DNA from: Octopus bimaculoides
Lineage: Eukaryota
Direction of reading: 5' to 3'
DNA length: 64,000 nt
Assembly (NCBI RefSeq): GCF_001194135.2
Contig: NC_068992.1
Coordinates: 19,149,618-19,213,617, forward strand
Numbering within the stretch: the stretch's first letter is position 1; every line of letters starts with the position of its first letter. The notes beneath the pieces are model-generated. The model made no database searches. It had not been told where the DNA came from and worked only from the letters and a program-made list of their open reading frames with translations. This document shows positions 12,897 to 27,222 of the stretch, in pieces. A program made the position numbers and the translations under genes.

Positions 12897-14096
12897 CAGG
12901 CTGCGTAAGATATTTGAGGACAGATTTATGTTCATAAAATAAAACATATATGATAGGAAACAATACATTTATTTACCAAGAAAATGCTATGAGGTTAAAA
13001 ATAAACATTCATTTCTATAATGTTATTCAGTAAAGCCACCTTCAGCTTCAACAACTGCATCTATATGAGATCTAAATCATCTACATCCTCGAATCAAATG
13101 GTCCTACTTCATTTTAGACATTACTCTGACTATGGCAACTTTTAAACAATCTTTGGTGTTATGGGCGTGTTCATTGATCTCTCTCTCAACAACGCTCCAC
13201 ATGTAATAGTTCAATAGAATGAGATCTGGGAAATTCGGAGGCCAAATGTTAGCGGTTATGTGATCATGAAAATTTTCAGCCATCCATTCCCGTGTTACTA
13301 GAGCCATGTGTGATAGTGCAGAGTCTTACTGAAGCAAGTATGGCCTTCCGTTGCATATACTGTCTAACCATGGCTTAAGGAGGCATCACATGTCCTTCAT
13401 TGCTGACAACCCTTAAAACCTTGACAGTTGCAGGAAATTTTGTATGCATAGCACTTGGAACTTCAGAAGGGTCCGCACACAACCATCTGTCATTTCTTCT
13501 GTTAACTTCTTGATCTTGGTCGAAGTTTTTCTTGTTTGAGTAAAACCAAATCAAATCTTCTTCTGCTGGATTTTTCAATTTGCTTAAGAGCCTTTTAGAT
13601 CTAATGTAGGGATTGTTTTTGCTTTTTCTGACAAACTGACCTTTCCTCATCATGTAAGACATATATCTGATGTCTTCGTGGACAACATTTTTGACTGTTC
13701 CTTCTGACACATGGAGATCTTTTGCAATTAAGCTCGTGGACTTACTGGTATTATTATCAATGGTCTGTTGAACTTGCTGGATAAAATCAGCCGTTCTGAT
13801 CATTTCAGAATGTTTAGAATACTTTTTATGCTTTGAAACTGGTGATACATTCCTATCTTCAGTCTCTAGCTCCTTACGAACTTAATAGACTAAAGCTCAA
13901 GCAGCTTTTAAAAGTTGTGATATTTCTAAATTACCATGCTCAGCATTTATAACCACAATAACAGTATGCTTCTTCATTGCTTGAGTAAACCGAGGGTCTG
14001 CCATTATTATTTTCTGAACCAAAGATTTTATAGATTTAGCAAAAAATACAGTAGTGACTAAAAAAGGTATGTCCTCAAACACGTTACGCACCATAT
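12897..14096 (-). mobile_element. Decayed Tc1/mariner-superfamily transposon, maT/DD37D type
   Basis: ORF 13375..13803 contains WFYSNKKNFDQDQEVNRRNDRWL...HTKFPATVKVLRVVSNEGHVMPP, with the first D changed to N. After an internal deletion come KPWLDSICNGRPYLLQ*DSALSH and WPPNFPDLILLNYYMWS. There are 37 residues between the second D and the position of the third D, now N. TIRs: CAGGCTGCGTAAGATATTTGAGGACA (12897-12922) versus the reverse complement of 14070-14094, ATGGTGCGTAACGTGTTTGAGGACA. Confidence 0.9.
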
Positions 14097-14144
14097 ATGT
14101 ATGTTTGTATGTATGTATGTATGTATGCATGTATATATATATGT

Positions 14145-14175
<31 letters not shown>

Positions 14176-14437
14176 NNNNNNNNNNNNNNNNNNNNNNNNN
14201 NNNNNNNNNNNNNNNNNNNNNNNNNNNNNNNNNNNNNNNNNNNNNNNNNNNNNNNNNNNNNNNNNNNNNNNNNNNNNNNNNNNNNNNNNNNNNNNNNNNN
14301 NNNNNNNNNNNNNNNNNNNNNNNNNNNNNNNNNNNNNNNNNNNNNNNNNNNNNNNNNNNNNNNNNNNNNNNNNNNNNNNNNNNNNNNNNNNNNNNNNNNN
14401 NNNNNNNNNNNNNNNNNNNNNNNNNNNNNNNNNNNNN

Positions 14438-14479
<42 letters not shown>

Positions 14480-15183
14480 GCATATATGTATATATGCATG
14501 TATACATACACACACACACACATATATATGTATATATTGAACACATGTATTTACAGTTTAAACTAATAGTACAATCTAGGTTAATGAGACCTTTTCACTC
14601 GTAGTCTTCTGCAAAACTTATAGAATTTTGCATTGCATACTTCTAAAGAAAATTTGAATTTATATGAAACACCTTGTAAATTATATTTTTAAACTTCGTC
14701 TTGGTTTGTAAGTAAGTAGTTTATATTCTTGAATGATGTCAATTAAATCATGCTATTCTCGATGTATAAGTATTTGGATTTGCAGAAAACCAAATTATAC
14801 GATTCAGAAACTGGTTTCAGATAATGATGTTATAGTTTCTTAGAACGTTGGAGAATCTTCAGTCGATAAAACTCTTTGAAGATTTCTAAAACAACAAAGC
14901 ATCACGGAGAATTCAACCGAGCGTTTAGACAGTGCAAGAGATAATCAGTTCTTTCTTACCGCTACTACCCAAGTTGCGCGTTCACAAATTTATGAAAATG
15001 ACAATCAATTAGTATATATAACATACAGACGTAGCTGTATATATATGTATGTACATGTATATGGTATGTATATAGTTTAAAGACTATACATACCTCAAAA
15101 TTTAAGACATGTATTGATAAAGCAAGAACAATGCATACACACACATACATATATATAGACACAGGTATAGTTTTGTAGTTAAG

Positions 15184-15287
15184 AAGCTTGCTTTGTTACC
15201 ACGTAATTTTGGGTTCAGTACCAATGCGTGATACGCTCTATCAAAGTCCCGGGACCACCACAGCATTGTGAGTGGATTTGTTAGACG
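15184..15287 (+). mobile_element. SINE family C fragment
   Basis: AAGCTTGCTTTG...GGGTTCAGTACCAATGCGTG...TTGTGAGTGGATTTGTTAGACG matches the copy at 46439. Confidence 0.7.
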
Positions 15288-15306
15288 CTTTAATATCTCG
15301 CAAATA

Positions 15307-15516
15307 TACCGAGGGGAGACTGGAAATTTCCTGGCTTTAACGATACCGCGAAGGGCCTGGATGAAGGCCAAATCTTCCGAGTTCTTTTATAGGACTTAGA
15401 AACGCTGCAATAAGTGTGTGGATCTGAAAAGAAATATGTTCAATAAAATCATTATTAACTGATTCTCCTATATTTTCTTTTACTCAGAGCCAGGAACTTC
15501 TCAGCAGTCCCTCGTA
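15307..15516 (+). mobile_element. Mariner-type MITE, copy 1
   Basis: Ends TACCGAGGGGAGACTGGAAATTTCCTGGC and GCCAGGAACTTCTCAGCAGTCCCTCGTA are inverted repeats. The internal ATATGTTCAATAAAATCAT...AACTGAT is shared with the copies at 15814 and 44927. Confidence 0.82.
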
Positions 15517-15813
15517 TATATGCCAGACATTTCACAAACACACACACATACACGCACACACACGCACACACACGCACACACACACGCATACACACGCATA
15601 CATGCATACACATATATGTATATATATGTATGTATATATGNNNNNNNNNNNNNNNNNNNNNNNNNNNNNNNNNNNNNNNNNNNNNNNNNNNNNNNNATAT
15701 ACATATACGTATGTTAACACGCATAAAAAAATGGACCAGCATTTAAAGAGATCAAATGAAAATGATCATAGTTGATCTTACAAATTATTACTACATTTTT
15801 AGTTTTTAACATA

Positions 15814-16050
15814 TACGTGGGATGGAGGTGCTGAAAAAAAATACAGGAGGATCAGTTAAATATTATCTTATTCAACATATTCCACTCTCAAATTCACACA
15901 CTTATTATAGCAGTCCTTCAGTTTTACTAAGATTAAAATAAACCCTAGAATTTTTTCTAAGCCCTAATTAATAGAACTCGGAATGCCTGGCCTCTAACTA
16001 GGCCTTTCGCGATTTCCGTAATACCAGGAACGTTTCAGCTCACTCTCGTA
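15814..16050 (-). mobile_element. Mariner-type MITE, copy 2 (inverted relative to copy 1)
   Basis: Begins TACGTGGG...GGTGCTGAAAA and ends CCAGGAACGTTTCAGCTCACTCTCGTA. The internal TTCAACATATTCC...CACACACTTATT is the reverse complement of the copy 1 interior. Confidence 0.8.
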
Positions 16051-16412
16051 TTTAATATTTTAGTTAATCGAAATATTAGATAAAGATTTGAAATCTAATA
16101 CTTCGTAATTCTACGATGCATGCAATATATGTGGTTTTAAATGGAAATGTCAAATTAATAAAGATGTAGAAATTAATGCATGAGCAATTAAATAACTTCT
16201 AAATGTCAATTTGTGAGTTATTGTAATGTAACTGAAAGCGTGACTGGATGTTCTATTCAATGAAGCACTGAACAAATATATTCTATAAATACCCAGTATA
16301 TTCCTTATCAAGTATGGAGTATCTATAAGAAAAAAACATTTCACTGTAAACATATCAGTATCTATCGATATATCACTGTATCTCTTCCCCTCTCCCTCCC
16401 TCCCTCCCTCCC

Positions 16413-16459
<47 letters not shown>

Positions 16460-17340
16460 NNNNNNNNNNNNNNNNNNNNNNNNNNNNNNNNNNNNNNNNN
16501 NNNNNNNNNNNNNNNNNNNNNNNNNNNNNNNNNNNNNNNNNNNNNNNNNNNNNNNNNNNNNNNNNNNNNNNNNNNNNNNNNNNNNNNNNNNNNNNNNNNN
16601 NNNNNNNNNNNNNNNNNNNNNNNNNNNNNNNNNNNNNNNNNNNNNNNNNNNNNNNACACACACACACACACACATATATATACATATGCAACGAATGCGC
16701 ACACGTTTCTACTAATCGAAGGCTGTACATCTGTTCACCGAATTTTCCCTCTCTAGGGCGCTTTTCAAGGCATCTCTTAGAAATTCTAGGTTTCTAATGT
16801 CACAAACGTTAGTCCGTTTTTCCAATCTCTTGTCAACAGACGGTAGTTGCTCTGAAGATGGTTATCACCTTGACGTAGATTACCTCACTGGTTACCTACT
16901 GCTTTAATCAATTCAATTTGACAGTGACCATATGACGCATGATATTATTATAATCGTTTTCAGTATTCTTTCTGACCCCGTTACATGTCATGGATTATTA
17001 TCGTATCTCTAATTAGAATTTTGCTTTTTAAGCGATGCTTGCCTGCTATCGTACCTATACACTACCTTGTGTCGTTTGTCATTATATTTTTTGTTCTGAA
17101 TCTGAATCAAATGCATGTGGGTTGTATATTTTACTATCTCTCAGAACAAGCATCTTCTATTCATCCATTGATGAAAATGGCTGCTGCTTCGGTTACATTG
17201 AAGATTAACATGTTCTGCATGTATTGAGATAGTTCAATGGAATTATATTTGATCTTTAAAAATGAGGGTGATTTGAAAATGCCTGCTCTTCATATACACG
17301 TATCCGCTCACTCACTCTCTCACACACAAACACACATGTG

Positions 17341-17380
<40 letters not shown>

Positions 17381-17511
17381 TGTGCTGTGTTGGTGTGTAA
17401 GTGTCTTTGTGCGCGTTTATGCAAGTGTAATAGATATCAGCGTACCGATTTTTGATGCGTGTGTTTGTATACATACATATATATTGTATATTCCATAAAT
17501 AATCCTCTATA

Positions 17512-17704
17512 CTGGAAGCACAAGGCCTCAAATTTTGGGTAAGAGATTAAGTCGATTAAATCGATCCTGGTACTAATTTTATCGACCCCGAAGGATGAAA
17601 GGCAAAGCCGACCTCGGTGAAATTTGAACTCAGATGGTACCGCAGGCGAAATACCGCTATGTATTTCGCCCGGCGTGCTAACGATTCTGCCAGCTCCCTG
17701 CCCT
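17512..17704 (-). mobile_element. SINE family A
   Basis: Reverse-complement motifs TTTATCGACCCCGAAGGATGAAAGGC, GACCTCGG, TTTGAACTCAG and GCTAACGATTCTGCCAGCTC. Confidence 0.9.
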
Positions 17705-17707
17705 GAA

Positions 17708-18961
17708 TATGTACCATATATAATGCGATGTTTTCAATGCACGAAGTAACAGACGGAGGGGGACGGGATAAACTACCTGCATCAACTTGCTACAAAAGCA
17801 AGAAGTAATTTTAGCTTGACTTATTCTTAGTGCAAATTTTGAAGAGTGAAGTTTGAGTTTAACAGTTATTTTTCAAAGCTATAATGGAAAAGAAAAAGGA
17901 GCATTTTCGGCATATTTTGCTGTATGAGTTCAATAAAGACAACACGACGGCAAGTGCGAAGAATATTAATGCAATATATGGGGATCGGACAATAGGCTTA
18001 AGCCAGTGTCCACAGTGGTTCCAGCAATTCTGAGTCGGAACTACAACTTAGAAGACGGACCTCGTTGTAGAAAATCTGCAGAGCTCGGCGAGGACGATCT
18101 GCAAATCTTGGTGGAACAAATTCTCATCATAACTGCTGAGGAACTAGCAAAGTAGCCTGGATCTCGTCATTCAACCATTCCTCGACCCCTACGTACTATC
18201 GGAAAAGCCAGTAATTTGGGTGAAAGGATTTCTTACAAACTTTCCGAGTTTAACGGCGCACAGAGAGTGTGTGTGTTCTCCTTTGCTGTTACATCTCACA
18301 AATGAACATTCTTTTGACCGAATAGTGACTGGTGATGAGAAATGAGTTCTCTATAAAAATGTCAAGCGCCGAAGAAAGTGGGAAGAGAAAGGAGTAACAT
18401 CGAAACCCCAGGTCTTCACCCACGTAAGTTGTTGTGATCTGTTTGGTGGGATATGAAAGTTTAGTCCCCTTTGAACTTTTAAACCAAAATCAGTGATAAG
18501 AAAGGAAATCTACTGCGAGCAGCTTGAGAGGGTTCAGTCAGCACTACAAGAAAACGACCATCTTTGGTTTTAAGACGAAAGATGTTCTTCCAGGAGGATA
18601 ATGCTCGGCCACATACAACGAGCATGACATTCGTAAGGCCGGAGCAGTTTGAATGGGAAACGATGTCACACCAACATATTTGCCGGGGATTGCTCCATCT
18701 GATTATCATTTATTCCGCAGTTTCAAGATCATTTGGACGGAGGAAATATGAATTCTGTAGACGAGGTCAGAACAGTAGAAGAGAAGTATTTTTCCTCGCG
18801 GACAAGTGAATTTTGGAAGAGGTGCCTTGCAAGTCTATTAGATTGAAGAGAATTATAGATAATGAAGGTGAGTATGTTCTAGATTAAAAAAAGAACTTTG
18901 TTTATCTTAATTTTGAAAAATAAACATGTATGAAAAAACCGTATTATTTATAGGATGACCT

Positions 18962-18964
<3 letters not shown>
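17708..18964 (+). mobile_element. Second decayed mariner (D34D-type) transposon
   Basis: ATG at 17884 gives MEKKKEHFRHILLYEFNKDNTTASAKNINAIYG. DRIVTGDEK lies at about 18317-18343, FQEDNARPH at about 18587 and IAPSDYHLFRS at about 18688. The frame ends IIDNEGEYVLD* at 18887. The 3' TIR is TTTATAGGATGACCTAG and a degenerate 5' TIR lies at about 17708-17736. There are multiple stops and frameshifts. Confidence 0.92.
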
Positions 18965-19022
<58 letters not shown>

Positions 19023-19723
19023 NNNNNNNNNNNNNNNNNNNNNNNNNNNNNNNNNNNNNNNNNNNNNNNNNNNNNNNNNNNNNNNNNNNNNNNNNNNNNN
19101 NNNNNNNNNNNNNNNNNNNNNNNNNNNNNNNNNNNNNNNNNNNNNNNNNNNNNNNNNNNNNNNNNNNNNNNNNNNNNNNNNNNNNNNNNNNNNNNNNNNN
19201 NNNNNNNNNNNNNNNNNNNNNNNNNNNNNNNNNNNNNNNNNNNNNNNNNNNNNNNNNNNNNNNNNNNNNNNNNNNNNNNNNNNNNNNNNNNNNNNNNNNN
19301 NNNNNNNNNNNNNNNNNNNNNNNNNNNNNNNNNNNNNNNNNNNNNNNNNNNNNNNNNNNNNNNNNNNNNNNNNNNNNNNNNNNNNNNNNNNNNNNNNNNN
19401 NNNNNNNNNNNNNNNNNNNNNNNNNNNNNNNNNNNNNNNNNNNNNNNNNNNNNNNNNNNNNNNNNNNNNNNNNNNNNNNNNNNNNNNNNNNNNNNNNNNN
19501 NNNNNNNNNNNNNNNNNNNNNNNNNNNNNNNNNNNNNNNNNNNNNNNNNNNNNNNNNNNNNNNNNNNNNNNNNNNNNNNNNNNNNNNNNNNNNNNNNNNN
19601 NNNNNNNNNNNNNNNNNNNNNNNNNNNNNNNNNNNNNNNNNNNNNNNNNNNNNNNNNNNNNNNNNNNNNNNNNNNNNNNNNNNNNNNNNNNNNNNNNNNN
19701 NNNNNNNNNNNNNNNNNNNNNNN

Positions 19724-19776
<53 letters not shown>

Positions 19777-20130
19777 CGTTCATGTGTGTGTGTATGCGTC
19801 TGTGTGTGCATGTGTGTATGGTCGTATAACCATAATGGCTAGACGTATGCTTATGAAATTATAATTTATCCCAGTACACGCCGTTTCTGTACTTCGGATA
19901 TATAATAGAAAATGACAGTGAATATACTGATATCCAAGTGAGTTAAAATCGACGTTTGTTACTTTTAGTATTTTCACAGTTAGCTCTACAGTACTTCCTC
20001 TTTCACAGGGACGAATTGATTTGATAGGCTTAATATATCGGCAATAACCTATCGAAAGTTGCCGAGCTATTTTCGGATTCGTTCTAGAGAGAGTGTTTAC
20101 TAGTAAAACATATATATATATGTATATGTA

Positions 20131-20247
20131 TGAATGTATGTATGTATGTATGTATGTATGTATGTATGTATCTGTCTGTCTGTATGTCTGCCTGCCTGTC
20201 TGTCTGCCTGCCTGCCTGTCAGTATGCCTGCCTGCCTGTCTGCCTGC

Positions 20248-20301
<54 letters not shown>

Positions 20302-20310
20302 GTCTATCTG

Positions 20311-20374
<64 letters not shown>

Positions 20375-20375
20375 A
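20131..20375. repeat. Compound tetranucleotide array (ATGT)/(CTGT)/(CTGC)/(CTAT)
   Basis: Direct inspection. Confidence 0.95.
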
Positions 20376-21784
20376 CGAACTAACTATTAATCCATCTATT
20401 TATCTGTCTATCTACCCGTCTGCCTGTCTATCTATTTGACCATGTATCTTCCCCTCTGTTTCTCTCTTTACAAACATACACATACCCGTACGTATTCACA
20501 CATATACACGCGTGCCCGCCTGCACACACATACACATTCTTGTCTTTGTGGAAAATACGTGGGTGTCCAAATAGTCTTATGTATACAGAAATAGGTACAG
20601 AAACGTAAACTGCGAAAACCGCACGCGTATATTTGTTAACCGAACGTATATGTAATGTTTGTGTACGCAGCTATGATACCGGTACTTTTCTAAATATCAT
20701 GATGAATCAATGAATTTCAGAAAGATATAATTTTCTCTGTGTAGCAGACAAACAATCCGAACATCAAAGTGTCTTGCGATTGTATATACATTCGAAGATG
20801 TTCAAAGAATTTCGCCGCGAAAATGAACGGTTTCACTGAAGTTGTACTAGCCGCTTCATTTCAGCTGTTCGATTGTCGGAAGTGATAGCATTTCTGAGAT
20901 TAACTTAATGATCTGTTTAGTAATTCAGTAAAGAAAGTTAAAACAGTCATTCTAACAACGTCGTAGAAGATCTGTAGGCTTTTTTTCCTCCTCCAAATTC
21001 CGACCATTGCGAACAGATGGTGTGTAAGAGATTAATTTAAATGTCTAACGAGCAACTGATATACTTTATACATTCCTATCGATCCGAATGTATACGTTAG
21101 CCATGCCAGAACNNNNNNNNNNNNNNNNNNNNNNNNNNNNNNNNNNNNNNNNNNNNNNNNNNNNNNNNNNNNNNNNNNNNNNNNNNNNNNNNNNNNNNNN
21201 NNNNNNNNNNNNNNNNNNNNNNNNNNNNNNNNNNNNNNNNNNNNNNNNNNNNNNNNNNNNNNNNNNNNNNNNNNNNNNNNNNNNNNNNNNNNNNNNNNNN
21301 NNNNNNNNNNNNNNNNNNNNNNNNNNNNNNNNNNNNNNNNNNNNNNNNNNNNNNNNNNNNNNNNNNNNNNNNNNNNNNNNNNNNNNNNNNNNNNNNNNNN
21401 NNNNNNNNNNNNNNNNNNNNNNNNNNNNNNNNNNNNNNNNNNNNNNNNNNNNNNNNNNNNNNNNNNNNNNNNNNNNNNNNNNNNNNNNNNNNNNNNNNNN
21501 NNNNNNNNNNNNNNNNNNNNNNNNNNNNNNNNNNNNNNNNNNNNNNNNNNNNNNNNNATAAAACATTAAAAACAGACAGTGTTGGAACTCTTTTAAACAA
21601 AATAATATATTCCTCTATACACACTCACACACAAACATACGTATATATTTGTGTATTTATGTCTATATCTAGCTGTGTGCGTGTACGCGCGCATAGGTCT
21701 CTGCATAAGTATTTATGCCAGCATAACTGCATTCGTGCTTATGTATTTATATATATGTATCTATCGTTCTGTCTGTCTGTCTGG

Positions 21785-21845
<61 letters not shown>

Positions 21846-21878
21846 CGTATGTCTATCTGTCCGTGTATGTGTGTGTGC

Positions 21879-21919
<41 letters not shown>

Positions 21920-24900
21920 CGTCCGTGTATTTGCATACACAAACAAGCATTACTTTGTTATAAAACGATTGTACTCCGTGTTTTACCTATTCCATTCCTT
22001 ACATTCTCAGGATTTTAATCGTATGTTTATGAATCCCCTTCTTTCTTTCTTTCTTTCTTTCTTTATTTATTTTCTCTCTTTCTTTCTTTCCTTCTTTCTT
22101 GTTTCTTTTTCTCTCTCTCTCTCTCTCTCTATCTTTCGTTCCTTCTTATCCTGTTTTCTGCCCCTCCTTTTCTCTCTCTCAGAGATGTTTCGTGACGTTT
22201 GACATCTAAGTCATGCTACCGTGAGTCTCATTCCGAATAGAAAAGATTCTGCCAAATAGTTTAATTATTAGATCTTCTTGAAATACCTCAAATGTGAGAG
22301 AGAGATAACCATTAACAAAAACATTCGACAAGACATTGAATCTTTTTCTTTCGAGAATAACCTCCCGTATTACTTTCTTAAAACCAGACCTGCTGAAATT
22401 GTATTTTCCGATGTCACTTTAATTGCTTAAAGTAATGGTGCAGCCATTGCCATCAACTCGATCACGTCTTGCTCACAAATATCTCATCCAACCTGTGTAC
22501 GTTCAACATCCATTCATATGTCATTTCTTCGATAATTAGTTTCCTGTCAAATGATTATACCGTGGCATATAATAACGGAGTTCTCATTGACCCACACTAC
22601 ATTAAGAGGATAACCCCTGGTGTTATCCGTCGTTCAATAATTTCTTTCATGCACTTCCTCCTTCCATCAACGACCAGTCTCGGACACCCTTAACAATGGT
22701 TAAGTGGATGATATGACTCATTCCTCTCTAATCTTGCTAACCCAAAACGTTATGCATTTCTAACTTAAGTATCACATGTCAAATCTGCACAAGTGCACCA
22801 TGAACTTAGCTCAAAAGCAATCTCGAATAAGAAGATGCAATTTTTTCCATTGAATGTCAAGAGACTAATGCAATCAATGTACATATTAAGAGAACATAAC
22901 CCACTCAGTCCAATTTGTACAACGCATGATAGCTCATAACGAAAATTTCCTCATTCATTTTAAATATCAGTCGTGCTTATGAAGGAATATACATCCTTAT
23001 CTTCATACTCATTTTAAGCCCAATTCCGGAATCTCTAGTACTAAACACTAACCTCACGTCTTCCTATTCAGAACATCGGCCATCTGGAGACCTTCTTTGA
23101 ACATGTCTTTGCTTCTGTAGTCGACTTACAACAGTAGAAGTGGATCATTAACATTATGAATTTTACTGGTCTTGCAGTGTCTGTTAAGGCCATCGAAATG
23201 AAGCTACAACATGAAAAACATAGTTTCCAACCAAAATCTAAATATGTAATGCCCTTACATCATGATGATGATGAAATAGCTAAACAATAACTTCGTGATT
23301 TTTGGTTAGTGAATGGAAGATAAATGCAGTTCTTATTGCAGTGCGTGTAATACTTGAACAATGATTTCTATGCATTCTGAGTTAAATTGAAATGCTGCTA
23401 AAAGTGTTTCAAATTTGATCTAACTTCATATTTGAGAGTATTTGTAGTAATTACACATAGTTTAGATCTATTTACCGTCTGTAATTATTCTATCATTGAA
23501 CAGTGTACCAAGCATGGCTGTGACATACTAGTTACATTGTGGATTTCATAAAAAAAATAACTGTCCCTTCAGCCGAAAGTTGATTAACAATAACCATCCG
23601 TCACACATTCTCACTATGATTTCACTCTAAACTTCATTATCTCAACGGTGTCAACTTCTCTGGCAAGCAATCTTGCTAGATTTGGTTAGGAAGGGCTATA
23701 TGCGCACCTTTACCCACCTGTTTATATAAATTGGTATTCGTTTAAAGAAAATCTTACATGACGAGGATATATTTCCTTTTATACATTCAATATTGAGTTG
23801 TAAGTCTGTTTGTTTATTCTTATAGAAAATAAAACTGTTTGATCGATGGATACTGAAATCCATTCATCAGCACTACAACATTTAACACCTGTACCTTTTA
23901 TTGAGTTTTCTCTTTCGTAAATACAATGTAATTAATGTAATTATTCATCGTATTTTCATTCGTAGCTTCCAGCAACATGAGCCCAGACGAGATTGTACAT
24001 TTATCAATTTCCCATTCCCTTTCACAAATATCCAGCAAATAGATCATGAGCGCTGCCTTTAGTCGTATGACTAATGTATGCAAAAATGTCCCAGATATTT
24101 ATTGACTCAATTTGCTTCATACTATTTTATAAGTCAATCATATCATTATGAGAAAACAAACCGGAAATATTAGAACAATGATGTGCCGGTATTCTAATAA
24201 ACAGAACGAACTTTCACCTCCCATCTATCTGATCATGCGTTGTGCCAAGTATAATCATGCCGTTATTGTTGGGCTCACCAGCTGCACTGTAAATATGATT
24301 CCATGAAAATTATATTTATCATTATTTCAAATTAACCGGACCACCGTGTTCTTGGTATACGGGTTGCATTAAATTGCATCGAAAACAAACGCTCGATCTA
24401 ACCATTGGATAGATCGGTAATGATAAACTGAGTTGAAATATTTCTTAACTACTAGTGTATGGAAATCAAGATATCATATGAAATATTCCAACATGTATCG
24501 GAGTAAAAAGAAATCAGAAAGCAAAATGTAATAGATGCATAAATGAAAGCTATTATGTCTAGAACATCGGAAGTGTAATGCTGAAACGTTATTCAATAAA
24601 AATCTACAATCATCATGTGTTTACATAAATAATGTAGATTTTGTTAAGAAATGCTGTTTGTATTTTCTATCTCACATCAACACAAATTATACCGTTTTGA
24701 ATGAAATTAGTGTCAAGTTTCGTACATAGTCTTATAATATATGTACATATGTTTCAGCGTATTGTGAATTGAAAGGATTTCAATGGGAAAATGTGATAGT
24801 GTATCTTCTTACTGTACAATAAAATATCAAGTCAAAACTCAAAATATGTATCGATGATTGATGCAGCACATGGAGAAATCAGATATAGAGAGAAATTATT

Positions 24901-25693
24901 GATAGACACGTATTCGCTATGTGGAAGAAAGAACATTTCGATACTAGCAATCATAAAATATTTCTCTTCAAATCTAATATTAATATTTCGTTGTATTGAG
25001 TGGATAGAATGCAAATCTCAGAATAAAATGTGTTAATATCTCCTGTTAAGTGAGGAAGTACCGAGTTAAAAGGCTTACAGAGTATGTTCAGGTGTAAAAT
25101 TGGTAAGAATATTATTACTACAGTGATAAAACTAAAATCTGTAAAGTTTCTCAGTACATTATTTTAGGGATACATTTGCAGTTTAGGAAATTATGCGATG
25201 CGTTAAGCATTGACGTGAAATATTTTACTATGAAATATTACTTTGGGCCCGAAAAGGTGAAGAAAATTGAGATCAAAGCAAATATAACTGCATTGTGTAT
25301 ATGGAAACGATGTCATGCATAAATTGAAATTCAATCATGACTACGGCGATAATATATATGCATAAATATATATTTCTTTGTATCCAGAATGATAAAATAA
25401 ACTGTAGCAAGTTATGTCCCAGCGTGAAATGTATATAAACACTGAACTGACTCAAAATACCGTCGTAGTCTCAGTAGTATTGCTTAACTTTCATTTACAT
25501 ACTAACCGCAGATCTAAAGATTTGGATGTTGCTGTTGTTTTGCTCCAAGAATATCTTTTTATCAGAGAAATCTCTGTTCCAACTTAGATCTTAATGTTTT
25601 CTACGTCCAGAACTAGATTTTACAAAGCGTCCTATCGTTTCTTGAAACGGCTCGGATGTGAAATAGTGATTTTAGTTGATATTTTGATATTTA

Positions 25694-25910
25694 TAAGAAG
25701 GTCAGTTACCGGAATCGTTAGCCCGCTTGGCAAAATGTTTAGCAGCATTTTGTTCGTCTTTACGTTCTGCGTTCAAATTCCGCGGAGGTTGACTTGGCCT
25801 TTCATCATTTCGGGGTCAATAAAATAAGTACCAGTTGAATAATGTGGTCGATGTAATCGACGTAGCCCTGACCACGAACTTTCTGGCCTTGTGATAAAAT
25901 TTGAAACCAA
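25694..25910 (+). mobile_element. SINE family A
   Basis: GAATCGTTAGC...GTTCAAATTCCGCGGAGG...GCCTTTCATCATTTCGGGGTCAATAAAATAAGTACCAG...GGCCTTGTGATAAAATTTGAAACC. Confidence 0.9.
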
Positions 25911-27011
25911 TATATTGATATTTCTCCTACGTTGGCCATTCCTTGGAAATCACATTTACCTGATCGTGATCAATTTGCAAATAGAATAATAGTGATAAGA
26001 TATTAGTTACAATATATTCTTCGAATTTTTCGCCAATGGAATATGAAAGTCTAAGTGTGTACCAACTTCATGACTGGGATATCGCTGACGCAGTTCTAAA
26101 ACCATAAATTGGTTGTTCGTGAATAACAGTTTATGCAACCGCAAAATGTGAGCGTCTTTTCACGGACAGCAATTATTTCTGAGGCATATATCTGCTACAT
26201 TTTATTGCATAGTTTAGAATTTTTTATTCTTCACTCTTCAATCTAACGAAACACAAATCAAATATGAAAGTGAACCTGCTATATCTGTAGTGATCACTTC
26301 TTCCTCCTTTTAAACTCTATTCACACGAGTATTCAGAGGTGAATTAATTGACTAAGGACACGATGAATCACGTGTGTGTGTCGACATTTGTATGTTAGTC
26401 TTGACATCAGTTCAACTTTTGAGGCTGTCTATTATTATTGAACACTGTAGGAATCGATGATTTTACGAGGAAATTAATTGGGGGTTTTTTTTCAGAAAAT
26501 CCTAAGTGGTATACCAGCGAGTAATCATTTTAAAGTTAATTAACATTAATAACTATAATTTCGACGAAAAATATAAACTTCCTTTCCGTGTTCAAAATAC
26601 ATTAATATTTTTAAACCGATCTGCGACTGTCAACGTATAAATGAGCTTTCGTTAAAATTTAAAAATTCATTATTTTGGTCGATGAAAAAAAATCTGTGTT
26701 ATTCGGATAACGTTTATGGGTGTCATTTTTTACTCTGAAATAATTGTTTACGGAAACAAAATCTATCACTGTTTAACGTGTGAATTATATTTTATAAAAT
26801 TAATGCTCAATGAGCAATGCGCATGCAAATTACTAAAAGAGTATTTCAAATCCGGGAACTGTCAAAAATTAGAAAAGACGTTTGTAATCGATATTAGTTA
26901 AAGGCATGAACGTCACAGAATCATATTATCCTTAATAAATATGAGGCTTCTGGCTTTATGACTAACTTTCGCGAAATTATATATTCATGATTCAGGTTTT
27001 AGAATATATTG

Positions 27012-27222
27012 ATTGCAAATTTTGGCACAATACCAGCTATTTCGGTGGAACTGACAAGTGGATTACATCAATCTCAGTGTTCACTTGTACTTATTTTATC
27101 GATCCCAAAAGAATGGAAGGCAAAGTAGATCTCTGCAGAATCTGAACTCAGATCGTAAAGACAGACGAAATGCCGCTATGTATTTTGTCCGGTGTGTTTG
27201 CGATTCTACCGGGTAGCCGCAT
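27012..27222 (-). mobile_element. SINE family A
   Basis: Reverse-complement tail CAAATTTTGGCACAA, core GTACTTATTTTATCGATCCC and head GCGATTCTACC. Confidence 0.87.

Noticed and set aside
22440-24460. Repeat-poor unique stretch that might be conserved non-coding or exonic
   Set aside because: No ORF, motif or structure that I can support from sequence alone. Cross-species alignment would be needed.
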